This document shows, in pieces, positions 23,223 through 34,043 of a stretch of DNA of 64,000 nucleotides. How positions within the stretch are numbered: position 1 is the first letter of the stretch; every line of letters begins with the position of its first letter. Under the pieces are notes generated by a model, which worked only from the letters and a program-made list of their open reading frames with translations, was not told where the DNA came from and did not search any database. The position numbers and the translations under genes are program-made. The stretch is from Cetorhinus maximus (taxonomy: Eukaryota). Location: positions 2,976,001 through 3,040,000 of the forward strand of contig NC_135903.1 in NCBI RefSeq assembly GCF_964194155.1, in the 5' to 3' direction.

Positions 23223-25160
23223 AACAACCTGCATTTATATAGCACCTTTTACATTGTAAAATGTCCCAAGGTGCTTCACGGGAATGTTACCAAACAAAAC
23301 TTGACACAAAAGAAAATATTAAGCGAGATGACCAAAAGCTTGGTCAGAGAGGTAGGCTTTACGGAGCGTCTAAAAGGAGAAAAGAGGTGGGTCGTTAATG
23401 GAGAGAATTCCAAAACATGGGGCTTTGGCAGCTGAAGGCACGGCTGCTAATGGTGGAGTGAATGAAATCGGGGATGCTCAAGAGGCCATAATTGAAGGAG
23501 CACAGATAACTCAGAGCGCTGTCGGGCTGGAGGACATTGCGGAGATAATGAGGGGCAAGGCTATGGAGGGATTTAAAAATTAGGGTGAAAATTTTAAAAT
23601 CAAGTTGTTGCTTAACCAACAGTCAATGTGGATCATTGAGTTAGAACATGGGCAGCAGAGTTTTGGATGACCTCAAGTTTACAGAGGGTAGAATGTAGGG
23701 GGCCCATCAGGAGTGAATTGGGACAGTTAACTTTCGAGGTAACAAAAAACATGGATGTGAGTTTCAGCAGATCAGCTGAGGCAGGGACAGAGTCTGTGAT
23801 GCTATAGAGATGGAAATAGATGGTTTCAGTGATGGCATGGATAGGTGATTGAAAGTTCACCTTCGGGTGAAATATGACACTAAGGTTGTGAACAGTGTGA
23901 TTCAGCATCAGCTAGTTGTCAGGGAAGAGGGATGGAGTTGGTGGCTAGGGAATGGAGTTTGTAGTGTGGCCTGAGGTCAATGGCTTCAATCTTCCCAATA
24001 TTTAGTTGGAGGAAATTTCTGCAGTTTAACAGTTTAGAGACAGTGGAGGATGGTGTGGTCAATCATTTCAAAGGCTGCAGACAGGTCGAGGAGGATGAGG
24101 AGGGATAGCTTACCTAGGTCACAGTCACAGAGAATGTAATTTGTGATTTTGATAAGAGCTGTTTTGATACTGTGGCAGGGGTGGAGACCTGTTTGGAGAT
24201 ACCCAAATATGGAGTTCTGGGAAAGATAGGCACGGTTTGCTTAGGCATTCAGGACAAAACGTTCAAGGACTTGGAGAGGGAAGGGAGGTTGGAGATGAGG
24301 GCAATCATTTCCACGAGGGGTCAAGGGATCTTTTTTGAGACAAGGGGTGATGATGGCAGATTTGAAGGAGAGAGAGAAATATCTGGGGAGAGAGAACCAT
24401 TAACAATATCAACTTACATGGGAGCCAGAACCACATGGGTGGTCAGTAGTTTAGTGGGAACAGGGCTGAGAGAACAGGAGGTAGGTCTTAGGAACAAGCT
24501 GAACTCGGACAGGGCATCAGGGGAGATAGGAGAAAAACTAGAGAAATTTGCAAATTCAGGGATAGGTAGTGGGAACTTCTTAAGCGTTTTGCCCGAAGGA
24601 AGGTCTGACCCACAGTGCTACAACCTCCACTTGTGGTACGGCAAGGAGGCAGGACCCAAATCCCAGCCAGAACAGGAATCAAATCCATGCTGTTGGTGCC
24701 AATCTGGTCCACACCGGCTGTCCAGCCAACGAGTCCAAGTTGCTGTGGCAACATGCACTCTTACACGCATGTTGTAGTCCTGAGCTATGGATAGTGATGG
24801 TAGAGGCTTCAATTTCTTTCCATCATAGGAATCTGACCAGGAATCTCTCCCACTCTTACCGACTGCCATTGGCATGTTTTGGAAGCATTTGCAGGTTGAT
24901 ACTCAACTTACTTGGCCACATTATAAACGCACCTTCCCTGGCCATCAAATTCTGGAGTGGGACTTGAACCCGGAGCTTCTGGCTCAGGGAAGTGACCCAC
25001 TATGGCACAAGACCTCCTTGCAGGGGGAACCCTAGACGAAGTTTGAGCCAATTGGGAAGGGGAAGGGAAGGAAACATTAGAAGCAGTGGATCAGATGGTC
25101 TCAATTTTAGAGACTAACAAATCCCTGAGCTTCTTGCACTTGTTGTTGGAGGTGAGAAGA
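23221..25160 (-). mobile_element. L2-type LINE, internally deleted, interrupted by SINE(s) at 24575-25020
   Basis: Reverse-complement tail ACAACAACCTGCATTTATATAGCACCTTT; minus ORFs ...LDFKIFTLIFKSLHSLAP.YL and KLEVIQNSAAHVL. Confidence 0.8.
24575..25020 (-). mobile_element. tRNA-derived SINE with a second tRNA-like head inside
   Basis: Minus B-box GGTTCAAGTCC near 24965 and GATTTGATTCC near 24680. Confidence 0.55.
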
Positions 25161-25189
25161 TATTTAATTATTAATTTTTAATAATTATG

Positions 25190-25460
25190 AAGAATCATTG
25201 TAAGAGTTTTGAGACAGAAAGCAGGAGAAACATTTTTGACATAGAGGGTTTTGAGACTGTGGGATGCACAGCCAGAATTAGTGATAAAGCCTCAAACGAT
25301 GTCATCAATAGCTTAGAAAACTGGTTCAAGGAAAGAGGGATAAAGGGATAGAGGAACAGAGCAAGTGCATAAGATTAGAGCTATTGCTCCTGTGGAGGAT
25401 AAACATCAACTCAGACTGGTTGGTCCAAGTGTCCTATTTCTCAATTCAATATAATTCTAT
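25190..25460 (+). mobile_element. Old CR1 3' fragment
   Basis: AGGAGAAACATTTTTGACATAGAGGGTT...TGTGGGATGCAC pattern. Confidence 0.5.
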
Positions 25461-28074
25461 ATCACAAAGCTTGAATACTAGTTTCAAAAAGAAGAAACAA
25501 GAATTGATTTGGGAGGACCAGTGTAAATCAGTTATCCAAACTAGCAGCAAACCTGAGGGTGATTTATTCACTGTTCACTGTGCTCCATGTAAATGCACTG
25601 GCAATGACCTGTTGCACCTTGAGTATTGTTGCACTACAGATACCAGTCTCAGACTGCTGTCTGTATACAGTGCCAGGATTGCCAAGCAGGTGGAGCCTCT
25701 TTGCAGGTAAACAGAAGCAGTAATTAGGCATCAAGTTATTGAGAAAAAAACATTTCGAAAAACATGTGCCAATGTGAGCACAGTACATGCATGTGCCACA
25801 GATGTGAAGTGTTTCTACGTGATTTAAAAGTTTAAAGATTATTTTTTCTCCAACATCAGATTTCTTCAGGTGATCCCCACACATTGGCCAACTTGAAAAA
25901 CAAAATACTGCATAGTAATGTAAACTGGGGACACAAATTGCAGAGGTTCTGTATTATATTAAGAGTATATCCATCTATCCCCATTTTATTGAGGTCTAAA
26001 TGGGCCACTTGTTGATGCCGATAGAACAATCTCTCTCATAACTCTCATCTTATGTCTGTATTAGTCTCACCCTATGCCCTGTCACATCTTTAACAGCACA
26101 GAGAAATGAGACTGGGGGTCTACTCTAGTAGCACAAAATGGTCCCAAAGTGAAAAGGCAGCTGATTTTTCACTGCACCAGTTTTTATCTTCCATTTCACA
26201 CCACTGACATAGACCAACTTCACTCCCTGGGTGCCTTAAACTAGGCGCTGAAACACATTAGAAATTAGAATCAGGGAATGGTGCAACACAGAGAAGGAGG
26301 CTGTTCACCCATAATGTCTGTGCTAGTGCTTTGAAGGGGTTATCCAAGTAAATCTGTGGAATAATGTGCAAACAACCTCTCTTTTTATATACTTGTAGTT
26401 TTAGGGATATTGTACAGACTAAGCTGAGTGTTGCTTTCATTGAAAGGCTCTGCAATGTAAATATGCTACCAACACCCCCTCTCATGCCTATCACATGAAT
26501 TATAGCCATTTGGATGTATCACTGGCTGCCTGCCACCCTGTGGAAGCATAACCTAATATGGAGCCCACACCTTCGGGAGGGGAGGGTTGAAAGTGGCGAG
26601 GGAAGAAACGTGATATTATCTAGACAGCATTTCAACATAAATAACAAACTCAGGGATTGTTTTTATCAAGTTCTTTATTGAGATATATAAATTATATGGT
26701 AATGATCCAACACAGATTACTGGAAATAAAAATACATCTGATAAATGTAAACAAGAGGTTTGTATTTGAGAGCAGAGTCCATAAAATTGTACTTGTTAAA
26801 TAGATTCTGAAGTTCTTTGGAAATGGGTTGAACGAGAGAAGCTCCACAAGGGAGTGAAGTATTTGTTTTGAATTTAACTCTTTAAATTTCATGGTCCATA
26901 AAAATTATTCCAGCAAGTACAGAATTGGGATATTGCCGGAAAAGTATTACAACCAAACCATGGAGTTAAATGCAAAAATCATTGCTAGAAATAAGTTCTA
27001 GAGGAATGAAAGCTGGATGAAATTACCAAATGCTACATTGATTGTGAAATATCACTTGTATTAATGTAAGCTTACATATGCTCAATCAGTAATCATGGCG
27101 AGATCTGGAGGGAAGTGTTAGAAAGGATTATAACATTGATATGGGTTTTTCAAAGAGGGGTCCCAGGCTGGCAATTCCTTAATAAACTACCCTCCTTCGC
27201 TCTCTAACCTTTGCCATACTTTGTTCATTCTACCCCAATCTTAGGCCTGATTTTAGTGCATTTAAAACCCGTTCACTTAAACAGAATTGAAATTGGTTTG
27301 CTCTTCTATTGCTTAAGATCCCCACATCTTCATAGGTTCGGCTAAAATGCACTCATTACACGTTCAAGACACAAATTTAAAGTCACTTGTGCAGAGCCCC
27401 CTTCTCATCCCAAGGCATGTCCTTGTTTTTATTGTACTCTTTTCAGTGGTTGGAATCATGCTCAAATTTAATTTTGACTCTTGGAGTCCTCTAGTCAAAA
27501 TGACTCTACTGACTACCCTGGAAGATTTGGCTGCTATGACTTTGCTCCGCCTTCAGTTTTTATGGTAACATTTTCCTGCCTACAGACCATTCCCCATTTG
27601 CTCTGCTGCTTTCCCCTCCTTCCCGTTGCCGCTGACTCTTTTCATTCCCTCTGCTGGTACATTGCATCCATTGGTGTGTACTGCGCTCTTCTCTAAGGAG
27701 AACAGCCCCAAACTGTTCAATCTATTCAAGACTGAAGTCCCTCATCAATGGAAACATTCACGTAAATCTTTTCTGCACCCTCTCTAAACCCTTTACATTC
27801 TTCCTAAAGTGTGGTGCTCCAGGCTAACTGCACCCTCTAATTCAAACTTTGGCTGCTCTCTTACTGTCTCCTCTCTAATCTCTCACTTATAATCAGGTCA
27901 TATCTATCCTTATCTTTGCCATGCTCTATTTTACCTGAACTTCCTCTATGATCATTCATATGTGTCTTTTGGCTGCTGCTCCTGACCTGAGCCCATTTCT
28001 TCTACCTCCCCATTTCTTTATTTTCCCTTTGCCCTTTTTGTGCCCTTCTCTCCAGTCTCCTCCCTTCTTGTTAC

Positions 28075-29270
28075 TCAGGCAATGATCATATCCAACAAGA
28101 GATAGTATAACCACTTTCCTTCACATTCAATGGCATTACCATTGTTGAATCCCCCACCAACACTGGTTCAGCCTTAACTGGTATTGTGTCCAGTTCTGTG
28201 CGCCAAGCTTTAGGAAAGGTGTGAAGGCTTGAGAGAGGGTGCAGAAAAGATTTATGAGAATGGTTCCAGGGATGAGGGACTTCAGTTACGTGGTTAGATT
28301 GGAGAAAGGGGGCTGTTCTCCTCAGAGAAGAGAATGTTGAGAGGAGATGTGATAGAAGTGTTCAAAATCATGAGGGGCCAAGACAGAGTAGATAGAGAGA
28401 AACTGTCTCCACTGGCGGGCGAGTCGAGAACCAGAGGACACTGATTTAAAATAAATGGCAAAAGAACGAAAGGTGACACGAGGAATAAGGTTTATATGCA
28501 GCAAGTGGTATAGGATCTGGTATACACAGCCTGCAAACGTGCTGGAGGCAGATTCAAACCTGGCTTTCAAAAGAGAATTTGATAATCCGAAGGGAAAAAA
28601 ATTTGCAAGGCTATGGGAAAAAGGCGGCAAAGTGGGCCTAGTTGATTTGCTCCTGGTCAAGATGGACTGAATGGTCTCCTTCTGTGCTTTAACCATTCAA
28701 TGACTCTGCAGAGAGTAATTTACCTCCACACTCCACCTTTCACAAGGCACAAGTCAGGAGTTCAATGGAATGAGCTCCACTAGTCTGGATGATTAAACTC
28801 CAACAATGCTGAAGAAACTCTACATCATCTAGGATAAAGCAGACTGCTTGACTGGCACCCCATCCACTGGCTTAAACATTCATTCCCTCCACCACTGATG
28901 AAATGTGACTGCAGTATGCACTACCCACATGATGCACTGCACCAATTCACCAAGACTTCTTTACAAGTCCTTCTAAATCTACGATCTCTACTACCCGGAA
29001 CAGAAAGGGCAGTAGACAATTGGGAACACCGCCATCTTCAAGGTCACCTCCAAGTCACAGGTGCTGATTTGAAAATGTATCATCATTTCTTCATCATCTT
29101 TGGGTAAAAATCCTGGACTCCCTACCTAACAACTTTGTGGGAGTATCTCCACCACACAGACTGAAGCAGATTAAGAAGGTGGCTCACATCCACCTTCACA
29201 AGAACAATCAAGGATGAGCAATAAATGGAGGATTTGCCAGTGATGCCCAAATAGCATGAATGAATAAATA
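28075..29270 (+). mobile_element. Decayed LINE family A 3' part containing a CR1 family B insert (~28170-28710)
   Basis: Colinear with 6455-7195 (CAAGGCACAAGTCAGGAGT, tail GCCAGTGATGCCCAAATAGCATGAATGAATAAA); the insert has the family B tail. Confidence 0.75.
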
Positions 29271-29714
29271 ATTTTTTAAAAAGTCACGCCATCTTATTTT
29301 TTTCTTTCTTAAGTGTTTAGCACCTCCACATCCCTACCACAACCTTTTACAATCCCTCAATCTTCTTACACTCCTGCCGCCAATCCAGGCTTGACTCCCA
29401 CTTGGATAAACCCAGAGCTTCTCTCTGTGCCTCTCTTGCCACTCTCCAGGGCCCATCAAGACACTCTCCATTGCCTCCTACATGCAACAACTCCAACACC
29501 CTTACCCTACTCTCTTGCCAAAATTCCCATCCAGCACACCCACTGGAGCTAACCTCACCGTTCTATTCATCCACCCCAGTGCTGAAACCTTTGAGTCTGC
29601 CAACAGATCAACAATAACGAGCCCCTCCGTTTTTCCCTCCAGAATTAATGAAACAAGGCCCTTGCCAGCCATGGCCTTATGATGGTTGCATTGACATCAT
29701 TTCTATACATTAAA

Positions 29715-29860
29715 AACATCAAGAGATATGGGGATAGTGCAGGTAAATGGTGTTGAAGTGGAAGGTCAGCCACAATCTCATTGAATGGCACAGCGGGATC
29801 CAAGGGCTGAATGGCCTACTCCTGCTCCTATTTCTTATGTTCTTATGTTATGTTCTTATG
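29715..29860 (+). mobile_element. CR1 family B extreme 3' end
   Basis: GGGCTGAATGGCCTACTCCTGCTCCTATTTCTTATG followed by (TTCTTATG)n. Confidence 0.75.
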
Positions 29861-30625
29861 CCTTGATGGAAACTTGCCTCATAGATGATAACACCTTGTT
29901 CCTTACTGAAGCCTCCCTATCTGGCTATATCTTTCACCAACCTCCCTACCCAATCTGACATGGTGGCAGTGTGGCCCTTATCACCAAATTTCACCTTGGT
30001 CTGTCCCCTTATTCCTTTGGCACTTTCCCCTCATTTAATCACTTCACCTTGTGCCACCCCCTCACTTTTAACATCATTGTTCTCCACTGGTCTCCATAAC
30101 CTATACTTTCTTACCTTCAGATGGTGACTATTCCAATGCTCTCCTGGCTGGTTTCCCATCATCTGCAAACTCATCCAAACTCTGCCTAACTTGTACAAAG
30201 GCACCCCATTGCTTGCTGACCTACTTTGGCTCCCTGTCCACCAATGCCTCAAATTTAAAATTCTTGTTGTGTTCAGATCCCTCCATTTCTTCGCCTGTCC
30301 TACCTCTGTAGCCTTCTCCATTCCTACAACCCTGCAAAAACTCTGAATTCCTTCATGTCTGGCCTCTTACCTGTCCCTCACTCCATTTACCTCACTATTG
30401 GTAGCCATGCCTTTAATTGTCTAGGCCCTAGGCTTGGAAATTCCCTCCCTAAACTTCTCTGCCTTGCCACCTCTTTTAAAGCTCTCTTTAAAAACTACCA
30501 AGCTTTTCGCCACCCGTCCTAATACCTCCTTATTAGTGTCAACATTTTTCTGGTTACCCTCTTATGAAACAATCTGGGATTTTTTAAAGTTAAAGGTATT
30601 ATATAAATGCAAGTTGTTGTTGTAT
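29860..30625 (+). mobile_element. L2-type LINE remnant
   Basis: GCTGACCTACTTTGGCTCCC, TTTAAAATTCTT; tail TTAAAGGTATTATATAAATGCAAGTTGTTGTTG. Confidence 0.7.
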
Positions 30626-32199
30626 ATGTTATTCAATTTTTGAACAGTATATAACAAGATTTGTTTAAGATGCTTCCATGAACATTAATGTCCTCCAGCT
30701 AATGCAGAATGTATGATACATCTGTTCACATATACCACAATGTAAATGCCCCAGTGTAGATAAGCTGATCAGCAGCTATCAAGAGGAACACAATCCTAAT
30801 GAATTCAGCTTTCATATAGATGAAAAGACCTGTCATAAATATGAACATTTCACTGGAATAATTGGTCAGAAGATCAAATACATGGAAAAGTCAAGGTCTG
30901 ATAACCAAGTGGATAGATTAGATATGGCTTCAGGTGTTTTACAGTTTATATCGTAATCAATAATAGGAAAGTTTCCAGAACATTCTGGAAAATGACAGAG
31001 CAGGGTTGGACTTCACAGAAACCAGTTGGAATCCTATCTTCATGTTCACTTCTAATCATCACTGTACATAAAATACATCCTGCAATGTCAAGGGCTTGTG
31101 TATTGGCTGGAGTGGGGGAAAGGGAGATCATGACTGAGGTCCAATGAGATGAGTGCTCTCTTCTCAGTCCAAATTTTCTTGTGTGTGTTATATTATTTTC
31201 TTGCATGTGAATTATTGCAGTGAGTTTAAAATTACTGGATTAAACATTTTATATCCAAATTGTATAAATTAATAGTAATGGGCAAGTCGACATAAGTGGG
31301 AGAATCTCAGAGATATTATTCCTTCAGGTTAATATATGACATATAGGCAGACTGCCGTTAAGTGTTGTTGAATGAGAAGCAGAATATTTTAACTCTCCAT
31401 TAACATTTGAAATGACACTCAGGCAGGACAGAGATCGACACGTATACAGTCAAGTTCACAGAAGCTGAACCATGGTTCCTAGGTCTTTGGCATTTCTGAG
31501 ATATTCAATTTCTTCTTAAAATGGGGGAAAAATAATTCTTCTTTCCCTGGAGTTCTTCCAATGGTTGTCCAATAAATCAGACTCAGCTTCCAAGAACTCA
31601 GTCCATTGAAGACCGTGCAGGATAATTTCACTTTCTGACTTCAATGGTGACTGAGTGCACTTTTAATCTAAGGCTTTCAGCTCACAAGCACTAGGATGGG
31701 GAGAGAAGTGTGAAGATGAGTCATAATGCACGTCTCCTCCCTGAGAGAATGTATTGTTGTTTTGTTCAGAGATAAAGCAGGTCTAGTTGAGACTAACTAC
31801 GTCAATTTTACTGGCTTGGAAAACTTCCAATTGGATAATGCATCGGGTGGGTCTGTCACTGGCTGATATCATTGACCTAAATATGGATTGGACTGAGCTG
31901 GACAAGAGAACTGGACTTCTCGTCATATTAGAAAGACCATAAATTAGTTGGACCACTACTGAAATTAATAGCAGCTCTATAATTTGTTGATAAAACATTA
32001 TGACTTTTAGTGTAAGTAACAAATGGATCTCTTTCATATCAACATTACATGATTTTCCCAGAAAGGAAACATGCTAGCTATTGCTCTAATGGGCCAATAT
32101 AAAGATAGTTGTATGTGATTACAATATAGCAATTTATTAACAGGAACAATATAACAATTGCAATATTTCTCAAACAACAACAAGCATTTCACTGGTGGG

Positions 32200-32700
32200 T
32201 GTTGTGACAGCCACAACACTCTTACCTCTGAATTAGAAGCTTGAGGGCTCAAGATTCATTCCAGAGAGTTGATTATAGATGGTGGTCATAGAGTCATTAT
32301 GGCAAAGAAGGAGGCCATTCGGCCCATTGAGCTGTGCTGGCTCTCTGTAGGGCAATCCAGGCCATTCCCCTGCTCTATCCTCTGCAAGTTTATTTGAATG
32401 CAAAATTCCAGTGCAGTGCTGAGAGAAGGTGCATGGTTGGAGGTGCTTCTTTTTAGTTGAGACATAATACTGAGGCCCATCTGCTCTCTTGGGCAGGTAT
32501 AAAAGATCCCATGGAACTATTTCTAAGAGTGGGGGAGGGGGCTAGGGTGGTTATTCCTGGTGCCTTGGCCAATATTTACCCCTCAATTAACAACATAAAA
32601 ACAGATTATTTGGCCATTATCACTTTGCTGTTTGTGGGAACTTGCATCAGTGACTACACTTCATTAGCCGTAAAGTGCTTTGTGATGCCCTGAGATGACT
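32200..32700 (+). mobile_element. Deu-domain-type (AmnSINE1/SacSINE1-like) SINE with a short CR1 tail insert at ~32286-32385
   Basis: AAAAGATCCCATGGAACTATT...TGGCCAATATTTACCCCTCAA...TTGCTGTTTGTGGGA...CAGTGACTACACTTCA, recognised as resembling this SINE group. Confidence 0.65.
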
Positions 32701-33409
32701 TGAATTTCCCTGTGAGTAAAATGCAGCATGGATATTCCTATTGAGACAGCATCAGAGAGTTTCCTCTCTGAGTATAATTTAGCGAAGATTATCCCCAGCG
32801 TTGCAGTAAACACTACAGGGAAAATCACACTTGAGCCAAACTAATTTAGTACGAAAATGCATTTCCTGGGTATTGTTCTTAACTCATCACTTCATCTAGC
32901 TCCTATCACTATTTTGTGATTGAAACAAGGAATTCCTCCTCATCAGAGGTATCAATCTGCTTTGCCCAGTTAAATGGGACCGTGACTTCAGATTCACAAC
33001 ACCTTTCCTTAGCATCATTGGCTTTGTACCAACACAGCAGCTGTGCTGCAAATGTTGCCTTAGGTACATCATATTTAAGTAAATATGAAAGGCTCAAGCA
33101 AAAAAAAACTAGGATATTTTCCCTTTCAGAGTTCAAACATACCTGTAGGAATCTGCTCAAAATATGCCACATGTAATTTTTCTTACAGTACTGTTTCTGT
33201 AATATCAGCAGAAGAAATAAAGTTTTTTTCGCATTGTCTATGTGCTGTTTTGATCAAGGAGAAAAAAGTAGTGTGGGCTTACATTTATGCTAAAATATAC
33301 AAAACAGTTACGTTACAAAGATTGGGCATATGAAGGTTAGAAAAAAAATCTTATTTACCTTTACTCCAGCAACACTAATGCCACTGAGCATACTATTCGA
33401 TGAAAGCTG

Positions 33410-33560
33410 AAGATTAGCCAATCACAGCACTCTGTACTCTGCCTGATCTTTGGGTTTCAATCAAAGTATTGGAAACAATAACTGCCACCAATCAGAGGGC
33501 TTGTCTCATCTGCTGTTCGGCCTGCTTCACCGCAGTGTGGCTCTCGCTGTTAGTAACTCT
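33410..33560 (+). promoter_or_regulatory. Probable NR1D1 proximal promoter
   Basis: Two CCAATCA boxes (~33418, ~33488) and GTTAGTAAC (D-box-like) ~0.5 kb upstream of the ATG; TSS not directly visible. Confidence 0.5.
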
Positions 33561-34024
33561 TCCTGTTGTGCGAGTGAACATTTGTTGCAGTAGAAGCCGG
33601 CACTTGGCTGCCCTGTTGGAGGGGACCCTCTTCCCCATGCTGCAGGGCAGAGTTTTTTTTTAAAAAAATTGCATTTCTGCACAGAACCGACTTGGGAGAG
33701 GTTGCCTCTTCCTGCCCCGTCAGGGGAAGATTTGACAGGGCCAGCCAACCAGTGAGGTTGTCTTAACTGCTACTGGGCTGCGAGATTGTCCCTTATAGCA
33801 GGATTTCAGCACCTTCGGCAGGAACTGTGCAAAAAAAAACTGCACTGACAAGCAGAAACTCCTGGCTCAAAACAGCAACTCAACAACTCCTTCCCAACAC
33901 GCAGGATCGAGCAGCCAAATAGACAAACCAAATCGCTGCTGGCAAATTGTCCAGCAGTTCGCAAGCCGGTTAGAAATAGTTTGTTGTCAGTAGGAGGAAA
34001 TAAAAATCCTGAAGGAAGACAGTT

Positions 34025-34043
34025 ATGGATTCCAACAATACAG
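34025..34043 (+). CDS. NR1D1: NR1D1 exon 1 coding part
   Basis: ATGGATTCCAACAATACAG|gtatgg (MDSNNTG); in-frame TGA at 34010; phase fits exon 2. Confidence 0.85.
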
